64,000 nucleotides of DNA, taken from Candidatus Latescibacterota bacterium. GTDB taxonomy: Bacteria; Latescibacterota; UBA2968; GCA-2709665. The stretch's first letter is position 1. Each line of letters starts with the position of its first letter. The stretch spans positions 2,688,001 to 2,752,000 of the forward strand of contig OZ241917.1 of assembly GCA_965203805.1 (NCBI GenBank), read 5' to 3'. A program made the translations under genes and the position numbers. This document shows, piece by piece, positions 31,206-41,477 of this stretch. Below the pieces are notes generated by a model. That model searched no databases. It had not been told where the DNA came from and saw only the letters and a program-made list of their open reading frames with translations.

Positions 31206-33578
31206 TCACAGCCCGAAACCGCCCCGGCGATGCTCCAGTTTGATCTGAGGGAAATCCTTGATATTGAGCTTGAAATGGAACCCCTTGTTGAAGCCCGTGG
31301 GATACCAGCTGAACGTGGCCTGCCAGCAGTGAAGGTCTCTGTAGACGTAGATGGACTGGGAGATAAGCCGGCTGTTTATCGGATCAAAGTTGACGGAGTA
31401 GTTGACGCGCCAGGCGCGGGTGGGATTCAGGGCCAGATCTGCCTTTATCCATGAGCGCTTCGTGGATCCGAAGCCCGCCGCAAGAGACTCCCGATGGCTG
31501 AAATAGTGTCCCAGGTTGAAATGCCACGGTTGTGTGACGTCGCCGAAGTCTCTGTAGATGTCGTCTTCGAAGTTAAAGCCCGTACCGGCGGAGGGCAGCA
31601 TGGATCTGTGGGTTCGGAGCGGATCGGATCCCCGATCGGTCCGCCCGCTGAAGCGAAGGCTGGTGTTGACGGTGAGGCTGCGCAGTCGCGGGCGATTCAG
31701 GTTCAGACGGTCCGCGGCGTCGTAAAACGTGTGGGACATATTGAGCCGAACGTCTATCCGGCGGGCCGGCTTTATCGAAGCCGACGTGCGCAGATCGCGC
31801 CATCGCCGCATCGGGTTGGTGTCGAAGTCGTATCCCGTAGAGAAGCTGGCGGTAGCGAATGTGGACCTCCGCACTTTGTCGTCCACCTCGGTCTTGATTT
31901 CGATTGTGTTGTTGAGCCGCATATTGAGGGTTCGCCTGGGGTCGTTCCAGTCCCGGCGGCCGTGAAAGCCCAGAGTAGCGCCCTCGACCCTCCCGCTCCG
32001 GGAATATCTGAAGTCGATCTGGGGCTGAAACCGGTGCCGGATACCCCTCAGCCGTCCAATGTTTGGCTTAAAGATGCCATACAGCGCGGTACCGGTGGCG
32101 AGACTGGCGTTGTAGGATTCCCGGCGCGTGCGCGCATCCTGGTTCAGACGCGAGGAGGACTGACTGACGTTGGCCCGATGGGCGAGATCCAGCCATCCGA
32201 ATGGGCGGTGCTGGCCGCTGAGCCCGAACCGGGAGCTTAGCGTCAGGTTGTGCGTGTTGTCGGACTCGTCCTCGTTTCTTGTGAAGGCGTTCGTGAGGCC
32301 GCCGGAAAGGTCGTAGTAGAACGCGTGGTACCAGTGGGCTTCCCGCGTTGTTTCAGGCTGGCCGAAAACACGACGCCTTCCCTGGCGGAACGACAGGCGG
32401 GGAAATCCCTGAAACCGGTTCTGGTTCTGGTCGAGGTCCCGGTAGTAGTTGAGATTGATATCCAGGCTCCTTCTGGCTTCCGTCCAGCGCCTGTCCATGG
32501 AAAAAGACGACCTGAGTTGTCGATTCAGATAACGATAGAGGTTGTTGGAATTGTGAAGGTCGAAACTGGAGCTGTTCGTAAAGTCCCCCCTGGCCCTCAT
32601 GTTGAGCGTGGGATTCAGGCGGTGCTGATGGTGGAAGTTCAAACGCCAGGCGCGATGCGAATCACCCGACGGCCGCCGGCCCCGCTCAAAGGAAAGATTC
32701 ATATAGCCGCTGAGTCGCCTGCGCACGGCGTAGTCGATGCCCGCGTCAAAGAGGAAACCGTTGCGCTCCCGCAGGGCCGTCTTCAACGTGGCGTCCCAGT
32801 AGTCGCTGGGCGCCCAATAGTAGCCGATATTGCTTACGGTGATGCCGTCGCGGCTGTTGCTGCCGATGCGGGGCGTCAGAATTCCGGAACGCCGGCCCTG
32901 CGTGAGCGGAAAGACGTAGAACGGCAGCCACATAATCGGGATCGGACCGACGCGAAAGGTAACGGAGCGTGCAATGGCCTTGTCGTTCTCAACCACCTTC
33001 AGCGCCTGGCACAAAAAGTCGTAGTGGGTGTGGTCTTTGTCGCAGGAGGACATGGAAATCGCGCGGGCGTGAAGTTCACGCAGGCGATCGAGGAGGATCT
33101 GCTCGCCCCGATAATATCGACGCCGGTGACGCGCCCGGCCACCTTGCACCCGGCCGCGGCCGGTCTCCAGGTGATAGACCATCGACGAACCGGTGAACCG
33201 CTCGCTGCCGCGGACGAACTCGGGCATTCCTATGGTTTTCGCCCCGGATGAATCCGGCAGAGCCTCGGCCTCCAGGCGCTTCGCATCCCGGTACAGGACG
33301 ATACGGCCGGCCCGCAGTTCCACGTCCTTATATTTGAGCGTGACGTTCCCCGTGAAGACGACGCGACCCGCTGCAACGTCCTCCTCAACCCGATCCGCCG
33401 AATACTCGTAAAGCATCGAGTCCATCGCGGTTGCCGCCGGACGGACGCGAGTCGGACCCGGTGCCATCTGCGCAAGCGCCGTACTGACAAGAAATGGCGC
33501 CAGGAACAGAAGCGCGCCGGATGCGCGGTGGATCGCCTTCAAGCGAGCAGTTGCAGGATGTATCGGATGCAAGTTCAT
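31206..33578 (-). CDS. lptD: LPS-assembly outer-membrane protein LptD-like
   Basis: OstA-like N-domain, PFYVFP..RRSGILTP, C-terminal RDLHCW; start uncertain. Confidence 0.82.
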   Translation of the reverse strand: MNLHPIHPATARLKAIHRASGALLFLAPFLVSTALAQMAPGPTRVRPAATAMDSMLYEYSADRVEEDVAAGRVVFTGNVTLKYKDVELRAGRIVLYRDAKRLEAEALPDSSGAKTIGMPEFVRGSERFTGSSMVYHLETGRGRVQGGRARHRRRYYRGEQILLDRLRELHARAISMSSCDKDHTHYDFLCQALKVVENDKAIARSVTFRVGPIPIMWLPFYVFPLTQGRRSGILTPRIGSNSRDGITVSNIGYYWAPSDYWDATLKTALRERNGFLFDAGIDYAVRRRLSGYMNLSFERGRRPSGDSHRAWRLNFHHQHRLNPTLNMRARGDFTNSSSFDLHNSNNLYRYLNRQLRSSFSMDRRWTEARRSLDINLNYYRDLDQNQNRFQGFPRLSFRQGRRRVFGQPETTREAHWYHAFYYDLSGGLTNAFTRNEDESDNTHNLTLSSRFGLSGQHRPFGWLDLAHRANVSQSSSRLNQDARTRRESYNASLATGTALYGIFKPNIGRLRGIRHRFQPQIDFRYSRSGRVEGATLGFHGRRDWNDPRRTLNMRLNNTIEIKTEVDDKVRRSTFATASFSTGYDFDTNPMRRWRDLRTSASIKPARRIDVRLNMSHTFYDAADRLNLNRPRLRSLTVNTSLRFSGRTDRGSDPLRTHRSMLPSAGTGFNFEDDIYRDFGDVTQPWHFNLGHYFSHRESLAAGFGSTKRSWIKADLALNPTRAWRVNYSVNFDPINSRLISQSIYVYRDLHCWQATFSWYPTGFNKGFHFKLNIKDFPQIKLEHRRGGFGL

Positions 33579-33757
33579 GTTCTCAAGGCGCCGCCTGTTT
33601 TCGCGAATGATCGAGAGGCATCCTGAAAAGACAGCGGCGACGCACCCCTGGAAGGACTCGGGGCGTAGAAGTTTTGCGACCTTGACGCCTGACTCTGCGT
33701 ACGCATCTACAGGCGCCGGACAGGAACGACACCGCGTTCGGTAGAAGACAAATGCAA

Positions 33758-33787
33758 TTGACTTTTTTGTGTATTTCACGTTATTTT
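33758..33787 (+). promoter_or_regulatory. Putative sigma-70 promoter of tRNA-Leu
   Basis: TTGACT-18 bp-TATTTT followed by a GC-rich discriminator. Confidence 0.45.
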
Positions 33788-33869
33788 AGGCGGTTGCGCT
33801 ATCGCACGACTTCGCTTTGAAATGATGTGCAGTGCGGGTGATTTCGAAGGGTAACGCGCTGTAATTCAT

Positions 33870-33955
33870 GCGGAAGTGGTGGAATTGGCAGACACGTCAG
33901 ATTTAGGATCTGGTGGGCATTGCCCGTGGGGGTTCGAATCCCCCCTTCCGCACCA
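33870..33955 (+). tRNA. tRNA-Leu (anticodon TAG)
   Basis: Acceptor GCGGAAG/CTTCCGC, D-loop GGAATTGGCAGAC, anticodon TTTAGGA, long variable arm, GGTTCGAATCC, encoded CCA. Confidence 0.97.
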
Positions 33956-34132
33956 GTGTTGAAGCCGGTCGGCGGGCTCCGAAGGCTCGGGCCGTGCGCT
34001 GCTGCACTTCCGGCGCACGGCTTTCCCATTGTACCGACGGAATGCAGACCGGCCCGCAGCATCGGGTGATTTTATCAATATTCCGTTTTTCGGAAAGTGA
34101 GTCAAGCCGAATTCCGGCGATTCGAACCTCAG

Positions 34133-34347
34133 CAGCCCGTTGAAAAAGTCCATGCGGGCTGCCCTGCCTGGCCGGCAGACAGGCGCCCGGCCCTTGTGAC
34201 CGAATGACAGCGTTGCCTGCCTGCGCCAGCCAACGCGCGGCAGGCAGGCGCTTTCTCCCCGAATCCGGGGATTCGCGTCGGTCGCGCGCCTTGTCCTCGG
34301 CCACAGTGACTCGGCCTCGTCCGCAGAGCGACTTTATTAACGGACTG
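34133..34347. mobile_element. MITE (~215 bp) with IS1182/IS5-like ends
   Basis: TIRs CAGCCCGTTGAAAAAGTC / GACTTTATTAACGGACTG (15/18 match), flanked on both sides by TCAG (34129-32, 34348-51); no transposase. Confidence 0.7.
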
Positions 34348-34360
34348 TCAGGGAGCGACG

Positions 34361-35647
34361 ATGGATCAACTTGCATTCTTGACCGAACAAAAAATCCGTG
34401 AGATCGGACGCCGGTTCGGCACGCCTGTCTTTGTCTATGACCAGGCGACTTTGGAGGCTCGGGCGAGGGACGTGCTGGATTTTCCGCATGCCTTTGGATT
34501 GACCGCCCGGTACGCAATGAAGGCGTTACCGACAGCGGCCGTTGTGCGGATTCTCAACGGGGCGGGGTTGCACATCGATGCCAGCAGCGGGTACGAAGTG
34601 GAGCGGGCGATGCGGGCCGGCGTACCTCCCGAGCAGATCCAGCTTACCGCTCAGCGGACGCCCGCAAATCTGGAAAGCCTGGTGAAACAGGGCGTCAGGT
34701 TCAATGCCTGTTCTCTGCAGCAGCTGCGGGACTACGGGGAACTGTTTCCCGGATGTTCCCTGACCGTTCGAATGAACCCCGGTCTGGGATCCGGCCATAG
34801 CAGGAAAACCAATGTGGGCGGTCCATCCGCCAGTTTCGGAATCTGGCACGAGCATCTGGATGACGTACTGGCAATTGCCGAGGCGTGCAGCTTGAGGATT
34901 TCGAGTATGCATACCCACATCGGTTCAGGCAGCGATCCCGAGGTCTGGGAGCACTGCGCGATGATCTCTCTGCGCATCGCTGCCAACCTGCCGGAGGTGG
35001 AAGTGCTCAGCCTTGGAGGCGGATTCAAGGTGGGACGCATGCCAGGGGAGGCGTCTACCGACCTGAAACGGATCGGTACGCATGTCATGGAAGCGTTTCG
35101 TGCCTTTCGAAGCGAGCATGGGCGCAGGCTACGGCTGGAGGTCGAACCCGGCACCTTCCTGGTAGCCAATGCTGGAGCGCTGATCTGTTCGGTGATCGAT
35201 TGTGTCGATACGGGCGGGGACGGGTACGAGTTCCTGAAGGTGGATGCCGGTATGACCGAACTATTGCGCATCAGCCTTTACGGTGCGCAGCACCCGATCA
35301 TGACCGTGCCCGCGCGGCCGGGGTCGCGGCGGCAGAGAGAATACCTGGTTGCCGGACATTGCTGCGAGAGCGGGGACGTGCTGACGCCGGCCCCTGGGGA
35401 TCCCGAGGGATTGCAGCCCCGCCTGCTTGCCGAAGCGAGGATCGGCGATCTGCTGGCGGTGGGCGGGTCCGGCGCGTACTGTTCCGGCATGGCGTCGAAG
35501 AATTACAATTCGTTTCCCGAGGCCGCAGAGGTTCTGCAGGCTTCCGACGGCACGCTGCACCTGATTCGGAAACGACAAACGCTTGAGCAGATCACGGCGA
35601 ACGAGGTGATGCCGGACCTGCCGGATACCGGGCCCGGCCGCCTCTGA
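34361..35647 (+). CDS. lysA: Diaminopimelate decarboxylase
   Basis: FGTPVFVYD, YAMKA (PLP Lys), HTHIGSG, LGGG, EPGTFLV, HCCESGD, GAY..M..NYN. Confidence 0.93.
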   Translation: MDQLAFLTEQKIREIGRRFGTPVFVYDQATLEARARDVLDFPHAFGLTARYAMKALPTAAVVRILNGAGLHIDASSGYEVERAMRAGVPPEQIQLTAQRTPANLESLVKQGVRFNACSLQQLRDYGELFPGCSLTVRMNPGLGSGHSRKTNVGGPSASFGIWHEHLDDVLAIAEACSLRISSMHTHIGSGSDPEVWEHCAMISLRIAANLPEVEVLSLGGGFKVGRMPGEASTDLKRIGTHVMEAFRAFRSEHGRRLRLEVEPGTFLVANAGALICSVIDCVDTGGDGYEFLKVDAGMTELLRISLYGAQHPIMTVPARPGSRRQREYLVAGHCCESGDVLTPAPGDPEGLQPRLLAEARIGDLLAVGGSGAYCSGMASKNYNSFPEAAEVLQASDGTLHLIRKRQTLEQITANEVMPDLPDTGPGRL

Positions 35648-35786
35648 ACGCGTCACGTTTCTCAACCCAGGCGCGTTCCCCTGAGAAGACTGCCTGCCGA
35701 ATTTCCGTCCGACCCGCGTGCGGACAATCCACTCCCATCGTCAGCGGCTACTTCCCTTCAGGGAACGAAAGTGCATCCGTGATTTC

Positions 35787-37649
35787 CTACGCTTCCGGGA
35801 CCCTGTAGCTGTAAACGTGAGACCCGCTGCCGAAATAGATGCGGCCGTTGAGGATGTCTCCTCCCGGACCGATGGGCACGGGCGATTCCGCCAGCAACCG
35901 GATCGCGTATGTTTCGGGTTCCACGATGGCGATACCCTTCGTGAAGAGGATGTAAACGGCGCCGTCCGGCGCGGTGACGAACACCCTCGGGCCCTGTTGG
36001 GACGTTGTGGGACCGAACTCGGCTCCGAGCTCTTTCCGGTGGACCACCCTACTGGCTCCGGGATCGAAGACGAAAAAGCGCCTGCGGTCGACCACGCCGT
36101 AGACGACGCCATTCGGCCCCGAACACATGTCGGTGTACCCCTGCGCGCCGGCAAACACCGCGGCGTGCCAGTCGAGCCGCTTCGTTTCCATATCCATGAT
36201 ATAGAGTTCTGCTTCACGGGCTTTCTGTTCGCCGCCCGTACCGGCACTGGTCGTGGTGCCCCCCAGAAGCTTGCCATCGGGCAGGGGCGCCAGGCTCATT
36301 GTGGATTGGTCGGGCAGGATGTCGGTATGCTCGAGCAGGGTGTGCTCGCGGGTCTGCCTGTCCCAGAACAGCATCCCGCCGCCTGTCAACCCGTATCCGG
36401 GGGTACCGGCAAGCACGACGGTTCTCCCGTTCGGATGGGCAAGCAGCATGTGAGGCCGGTTGATGACCTCGTGGCATTCGTATAGCAGATCCGGATTGCA
36501 GCCGGCCTTGCCACGCTCGGTGTGTACCCACGGTCTGCCCGGGTCCCATTCTTCAAGCAGTCCGTGGGTGTATGCGCCAATGAAGAACATGCCGCCTTCT
36601 CTGGCGACGGTATTCCACTGCCCCAGTGCCGGACGATTGGTCCAGGTATCGGTTTCCGGATTGAAACTGAAGAAGTGCATGGGAAAGGCGGTTCCCCCGC
36701 AGACGGTATTGTCGGGAGCCGTCGCAACACCCATGATGTGGGCGCCTTCGCTGGAATAGTCGAATGAAACCCGGCGAGTGTTGCCGGAACGGGGATCCTC
36801 CACGGCCAGAATACGGTCCACCAGGCTGCATTCGACCATGCGTTTGCCGTCGGGAAAATCGGTGTGGAAGAGGCCCTGGCTGCCGGCGATAAAGGGCTTC
36901 TCACGTCTGTTTTCGATCCTGCCGACATCCGTTCTCACACCTCGATACAGTTCCATCCAACCGTCCTCGGATCCGCCGCTTGTATGCCCGTAGACCCTTC
37001 CGTTCAGGTCACGGTACACCGGCGCGTGGGCCTGGCTTCGCTCGCTTTCGACAAGGAGAGGTTCCGCCTTTCCGGTTTCCGGATCCAGGGAAACAATCTG
37101 ACTGGCGGTGCTGCCGATGCCGAAATAGACCCAACCGGTATCGTCGGCCGCGATCGCCCTGGGATACTGACGCCAGTTCTGGTCGTAGAGATTGCCGAAG
37201 TCGCGGAACTCCCCGGTCCGGGGGTTGTAGGATGCCACCGCGCTGTTCGGATACGTTCCGGACCAGATGCGGCCGTCGTCATCCTCGGTCATGCTCATGG
37301 CCATCTGCGGCACGGTCTTGTGATGGAAGGTGAATGCGCGCTCTACGGGGTCGAATTCCACAAAGTGGCTGTTGAAGTGGGTGTAGTACCTGTTTCGGCT
37401 GGACAGGATGGCCGCGAAGGGTCCGTCGCCGCCCGGCGGATACGGCATGGGGAATTCTTCGCTCTTGCCGGTTTCCGCATCGATCATGAGAAGTGCGTAT
37501 CCGCCGCGGTGGTCGTAAAGCCAGATCAGAACGACATTACGGCCCTCGCCGTCCGCCGTTACGGCCGTGCCGCGATGGTTGCTGATCGGGGTGGCGACGC
37601 CGTGATGAAAAAAGCCGTTTCCCATCGCTTCGGTATTGGAATCAGACAT
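35787..37649 (-). CDS. Beta-propeller hypothetical protein
   Basis: Repeated DG.IY.GT / YDP.TG blades; GGAGG RBS; no obvious signal peptide. Confidence 0.8.
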   Translation of the reverse strand: MSDSNTEAMGNGFFHHGVATPISNHRGTAVTADGEGRNVVLIWLYDHRGGYALLMIDAETGKSEEFPMPYPPGGDGPFAAILSSRNRYYTHFNSHFVEFDPVERAFTFHHKTVPQMAMSMTEDDDGRIWSGTYPNSAVASYNPRTGEFRDFGNLYDQNWRQYPRAIAADDTGWVYFGIGSTASQIVSLDPETGKAEPLLVESERSQAHAPVYRDLNGRVYGHTSGGSEDGWMELYRGVRTDVGRIENRREKPFIAGSQGLFHTDFPDGKRMVECSLVDRILAVEDPRSGNTRRVSFDYSSEGAHIMGVATAPDNTVCGGTAFPMHFFSFNPETDTWTNRPALGQWNTVAREGGMFFIGAYTHGLLEEWDPGRPWVHTERGKAGCNPDLLYECHEVINRPHMLLAHPNGRTVVLAGTPGYGLTGGGMLFWDRQTREHTLLEHTDILPDQSTMSLAPLPDGKLLGGTTTSAGTGGEQKAREAELYIMDMETKRLDWHAAVFAGAQGYTDMCSGPNGVVYGVVDRRRFFVFDPGASRVVHRKELGAEFGPTTSQQGPRVFVTAPDGAVYILFTKGIAIVEPETYAIRLLAESPVPIGPGGDILNGRIYFGSGSHVYSYRVPEA

Positions 37650-37963
37650 CGGATTGCCTCCGTTGAGTTTCCGTACGGGCTCGGGTAGCGGACGGTTCAG
37701 ATGGAAGGATAAATCGACCGGGGCAAATATAATATCCGGACACCGACAGAAAAACCAAAATAGGCGGACGGTTGCTGATGACCCCGCGTCCGTCTACGGA
37801 TTCAGGATCGGGGTATCCCGGGTCGCATTTGCAGGGAGAACGGCCCGTAGATCCCTAAAACGACGTGGGCCCGCCGCGGGCGGTGGCAGGGAGGGATTGC
37901 GCTACCGGGGATGGTCGGGCGCACGCTTCGATACGACGTTCGCGGAGGCCGCAGCAGTTCAGT

Positions 37964-39160
37964 TCACCCTTGCAGCCGGACCCACTTTCCCACGATACGG
38001 CTCAGCCGCCGCGCGCGGACCCGCCCCACGAGGGGGTATACAGGAAGGAACAGGAGTTGGGGCCACATCGCCAATACGCGGGTTGGCGCCTGGTCCGGCA
38101 GATTCCGGTTTGGCGGAACGACGCAAAGAGACGGTGGCCACAGATGTGCGTCAAAGCCGGCGTCCCAGAGTTTCCGGCACAGGTCCGCGGCGTTTCCGGC
38201 ACGGACGACGAAGAGCCAGTAGGAGTGGTCCGCACGCCGACCCGGATAACAGAGTTCCGGTATGCTTCGGTGGAACGCCGTCGCCTCCGTACGGCAGCCT
38301 GTGCGCTCCAGTGCATTGGAGCGCAGTCTCCTGGACAATAAATGCAAAAGGGCGCCGCATGGTTGACGGCGGATTTTCTTGAGCAACTCCAGCCCCCGGA
38401 AACCCCTGGTAGCGCGGTAACTCACGGCATCGTGCGACAGGCCCAACAACCGGCACGCGGCGCATAGAAGCGTATAGGGACCGGGCCTGTTGAGCAGGAG
38501 AACGACGCCGTATTTCACGAGGCGTATGAAGAACCGCGCCTTGCCCTGGACCGGATAGCTGCGATGCAGCCGCCCGACCTCGCCTCTAAGGTCGGGATCG
38601 CGCACAAAGAGCAGGCCGCCGCCCAACGCGGTATTGTATTTGATCGGGCCGAAGCTGAACATGCGCACGTGGCTCTCCGGATGTCCTGTAAAGTCGTCAC
38701 CCCGATAGGCCTGGGCGCAGTCCTCAAACAGCACCAGGCCATGCTTCCTGGCGAAGCCTACCAGGGGATCCATGGAGATGCGGGCGCCGAACAAATGGGT
38801 GGCCAGCAGCGCAACGGCTCTTGGCGTAAGCCCGTTGTTCAGGCTGTCCGGATCGGGTTCGAGCGTTTGGGGATCCAGATCGACCGGAACGGGCACGAGA
38901 CCGTGGCTCCGGATGATTTCGAGTATGTCGGGGATCGTGACGGCGGACACGAGGACGTGCGACCCGCGCGGAAAACGGGCCGCCTGGAGAACGGCATCGA
39001 AGCCGCTGCGAAGCGAAAGAAAGAAAAGGGCCTCGTCCGGATTGCCGATGCTTTCGCGGCAGGCAGCGTGCCCTTTCGCACGGCGGTCGCCCGAGAGGCA
39101 TTGGCCCATTCCGAAGAGCAGGTCGCGCCAGCCGATATCCAATCTCTTTCGAGGAATCAT
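37964..39160 (-). CDS. DegT/DnrJ/EryC1/StrS PLP-dependent aminotransferase
   Basis: THLFG, FEDCAQA, FSFGPIK..TALGGG; start set at MIPRKRLDIG. Confidence 0.88.
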   Translation of the reverse strand: MIPRKRLDIGWRDLLFGMGQCLSGDRRAKGHAACRESIGNPDEALFFLSLRSGFDAVLQAARFPRGSHVLVSAVTIPDILEIIRSHGLVPVPVDLDPQTLEPDPDSLNNGLTPRAVALLATHLFGARISMDPLVGFARKHGLVLFEDCAQAYRGDDFTGHPESHVRMFSFGPIKYNTALGGGLLFVRDPDLRGEVGRLHRSYPVQGKARFFIRLVKYGVVLLLNRPGPYTLLCAACRLLGLSHDAVSYRATRGFRGLELLKKIRRQPCGALLHLLSRRLRSNALERTGCRTEATAFHRSIPELCYPGRRADHSYWLFVVRAGNAADLCRKLWDAGFDAHLWPPSLCVVPPNRNLPDQAPTRVLAMWPQLLFLPVYPLVGRVRARRLSRIVGKWVRLQG

Positions 39161-39334
39161 GGTCGATTCACTCGTTCGCCTGCGCGGTCGGGCAGTTGAG
39201 GAGGGTGTTGGGGAACCGATTCCACATGAACCGAGCGCTCTTTCGGGTAGAGCCTGAACTTCAGGCGCTGATAACTTGCATATCCTCAATGTCTGCGTTC
39301 TTACATTTTTACATCCTCCATAATACCCACATCC

Positions 39335-39351
39335 TGTTGCATACTGCAACA
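39335..39351. promoter_or_regulatory. Palindromic operator candidate TGTTGCA-TAC-TGCAACA
   Basis: Perfect 7-3-7 inverted repeat in the AT-rich region upstream of the aminotransferase. Confidence 0.45.
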
Positions 39352-39514
39352 CGTTAATTGACTTCGATATTGTGACGCCGAGGACGCCGGGGGGCGCTAT
39401 CAATGTTTCGTATCCGTGGATAGAAGGCGCGCGTTTCTTCCCGTGCTTCGTCCTTGTCCCGGGAGAGCGTCGTAGACGATTGCCCGTGCGAGGGCATCTG
39501 TGCGGGTCGTGCCA

Positions 39515-40342
39515 TCAGGCGGGATCCTGTTCACTGGGCGTTTCGACCGGCTTCGCTTCGCGCTGCGCCATTTGATTGAACCACCACAAACCGGCCACGG
39601 CCCCGACGATACCGCTCACAAACAACCACCAGGGAAGGAACTCTACAACATGCCAATCCTCGATAGGTCGGAATAACTCCATACGCACCGATATCAACGA
39701 CAGAAAATTGTTCAGCGCGTGACCGAACAACGCGGGCAGCAAGGAACCTGTGTGTATGACCCACCACGCAAATACGATACCCAGTATCATAGATACCGGA
39801 AATTGCCAGGGATTCATATGGAGCACGGCGAACAGTAACGCGGACCACAGAATGGCACGCCTCCGGGTACCATGGGCTAACAACCCGCCCAGAATGACGC
39901 CTCTGCAGAGGACCTCCTCGGTAAGCGGCGCTTGAATCGCCAGGACATAAAACGCAAGACCAAATGGTGTTTTACTGCCCATCAAATCAAGAAACACGTC
40001 GAGTATTACTTCGGGGATTGGAATCAGATATTGTACGAAGCTTGCAAGGTTGGATGAGAAAATGCCCAATCCCACGATCGAGACGGAAACGGGTAAGTAC
40101 ATTTTCCACGGAACTGTCTTGAAAAGCAGGATGTCGGACCACGGCCGACGGGATCGACGTTGCGCATATAGCACGATCAGACCAACGGCGGGCAGATTTA
40201 CAATCAATTTCAGGTAATCGAAGATCCGTGTCGCATTGCCCGACGCGACGCCGAGGAAATGAAGCACCAACCCCAATGCGTTCATTGCTACGAAAAGCAG
40301 GACCACCAACCAAACGGATTGCTTCAAATTCGGATAGGCCAT
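39515..40342 (-). CDS. CPBP (type II CAAX/Abi) intramembrane metalloprotease, paralogue 4
   Basis: MAYPNLKQ start; TEEVLCRG, FAVLH, GHALNN. Confidence 0.92.
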   Translation of the reverse strand: MAYPNLKQSVWLVVLLFVAMNALGLVLHFLGVASGNATRIFDYLKLIVNLPAVGLIVLYAQRRSRRPWSDILLFKTVPWKMYLPVSVSIVGLGIFSSNLASFVQYLIPIPEVILDVFLDLMGSKTPFGLAFYVLAIQAPLTEEVLCRGVILGGLLAHGTRRRAILWSALLFAVLHMNPWQFPVSMILGIVFAWWVIHTGSLLPALFGHALNNFLSLISVRMELFRPIEDWHVVEFLPWWLFVSGIVGAVAGLWWFNQMAQREAKPVETPSEQDPA

Positions 40343-40426
40343 TGATTTCCTCCCTTTCAAGCGGTCAGATGTTCGCACATCTGACGATCCGGATTCCCGG
40401 CGAGGGTCGTCGTCGGGGTTCCGTCA

Positions 40427-41254
40427 TCAGAACTGTTCCCGACCTTCCGGCGTCGCGACCTGTGTGCCTCCGCGCATGGACATCCCATTAAACCACCACA
40501 GTCCGATCAGGGCCAGAATCATGCCGGAACCATGCATCCACCAGGGAAGCATCATACCGGCGCTGACACCATCCGTGGATCCGAGGACGCCAAGATACGA
40601 GGCCGTCACGATCAGAAAGTTGTTCAGCGCGTGTCCGACGATGGCGGGCAGCAGGGAGCCGGTTTGTACGACAATCCATGCGAATACGATCCCCAACAGA
40701 AAAGCGGCGGGAAACTGCCATGGATCTATATGGATAATTGCAAACAGCACCGCCGACCAGACGATGGCTCGAGCCGGAGTCCGGTGGGCCAGCAGGCCGC
40801 CAAGTATAACGCCTCTGAAGAGGACTTCCTTTAAAAGCGGCGCCTGAATCACCATGGTATAAAATCTAAGCGGAAAGGGCTTCTCCTTCCTGGCCCGATC
40901 CCCGACCACATCGAGCATTCCTTCGGGCGGGGATATCAGGTGCCGCAGCAGGTTACCCAGGTCCGATCCGACGATTGCCAATCCGACGACGGCCACGACA
41001 AGCGGAATGTACAATTGTAACGAAACGGCCTTGAACGGCAAGATTTCGGACAAGGTCCGATCGGTTCGACGCTTTGCGTAAAGAACCGCCAGGATGAATC
41101 CGGTCAATATCGAGAGCTGGACGACGTATGGATTCTGGTTTAACTCCTGGCCGACAATCATGCCATGGACGGCAAACGGCACGGTGATTGTCAGGCTGAA
41201 CAGGAAAAACAGCACCACGAGCCATACGGATTGCTTCAAATTGGGATAGGCCAT
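40427..41254 (-). CDS. CPBP intramembrane metalloprotease, paralogue 3 (EE motif changed to KE)
   Basis: LLKEVLFRG, FAIIH, GHALNN. Confidence 0.9.
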   Translation of the reverse strand: MAYPNLKQSVWLVVLFFLFSLTITVPFAVHGMIVGQELNQNPYVVQLSILTGFILAVLYAKRRTDRTLSEILPFKAVSLQLYIPLVVAVVGLAIVGSDLGNLLRHLISPPEGMLDVVGDRARKEKPFPLRFYTMVIQAPLLKEVLFRGVILGGLLAHRTPARAIVWSAVLFAIIHIDPWQFPAAFLLGIVFAWIVVQTGSLLPAIVGHALNNFLIVTASYLGVLGSTDGVSAGMMLPWWMHGSGMILALIGLWWFNGMSMRGGTQVATPEGREQF

Positions 41255-41424
41255 CTATTCCCTCCTCTTTTGGACGTCGTTTGCGGCAAATCCATATATC
41301 CGAATACCAGTGCGGTCGGGGAGTGTTCGTTATCGTCCATTGAATCGACATTCACGAACCGGGAACGGTCGGCGGACTTCTCGCTTTCACCATACAGGCA
41401 ATTTCCTTGCAGGGAACGGGTCAT
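41236..41424 (-). CDS. Possible 62-aa small protein
   Basis: AGAGGAG RBS before ATG; lies directly downstream of a sigma-54-like promoter; overlaps the CPBP start. Confidence 0.35.
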   Translation of the reverse strand: MTRSLQGNCLYGESEKSADRSRFVNVDSMDDNEHSPTALVFGYMDLPQTTSKRGGNRWPIPI

Positions 41425-41460
41425 GTCTCCTCTCGCGATCGTGAACGACCCGAATCGACG

Positions 41461-41477
41461 TGCAAGAAACAGGCCAG
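41461..41477 (-). promoter_or_regulatory. Sigma-54 (-24/-12) promoter candidate
   Basis: CTGGCCTGTTTCTTGCA matches TGGC-N7-TTGC spacing. Confidence 0.6.

Noticed and set aside
33870-33955. tRNA-Leu as the integration site of an island
   Set aside because: No integrase and no duplicated tRNA 3' end seen in the window.
33799-34517. ORFs overlapping the tRNA and MITE (e.g. MDFFNGLL...)
   Set aside because: Translations of the tRNA antisense strand and the MITE terminal repeat.
41254-41275. KRGG in the 62-aa ORF as a double-glycine cleavage site
   Set aside because: The GG codons coincide with the next gene's Shine-Dalgarno and the leader register does not match the other three.
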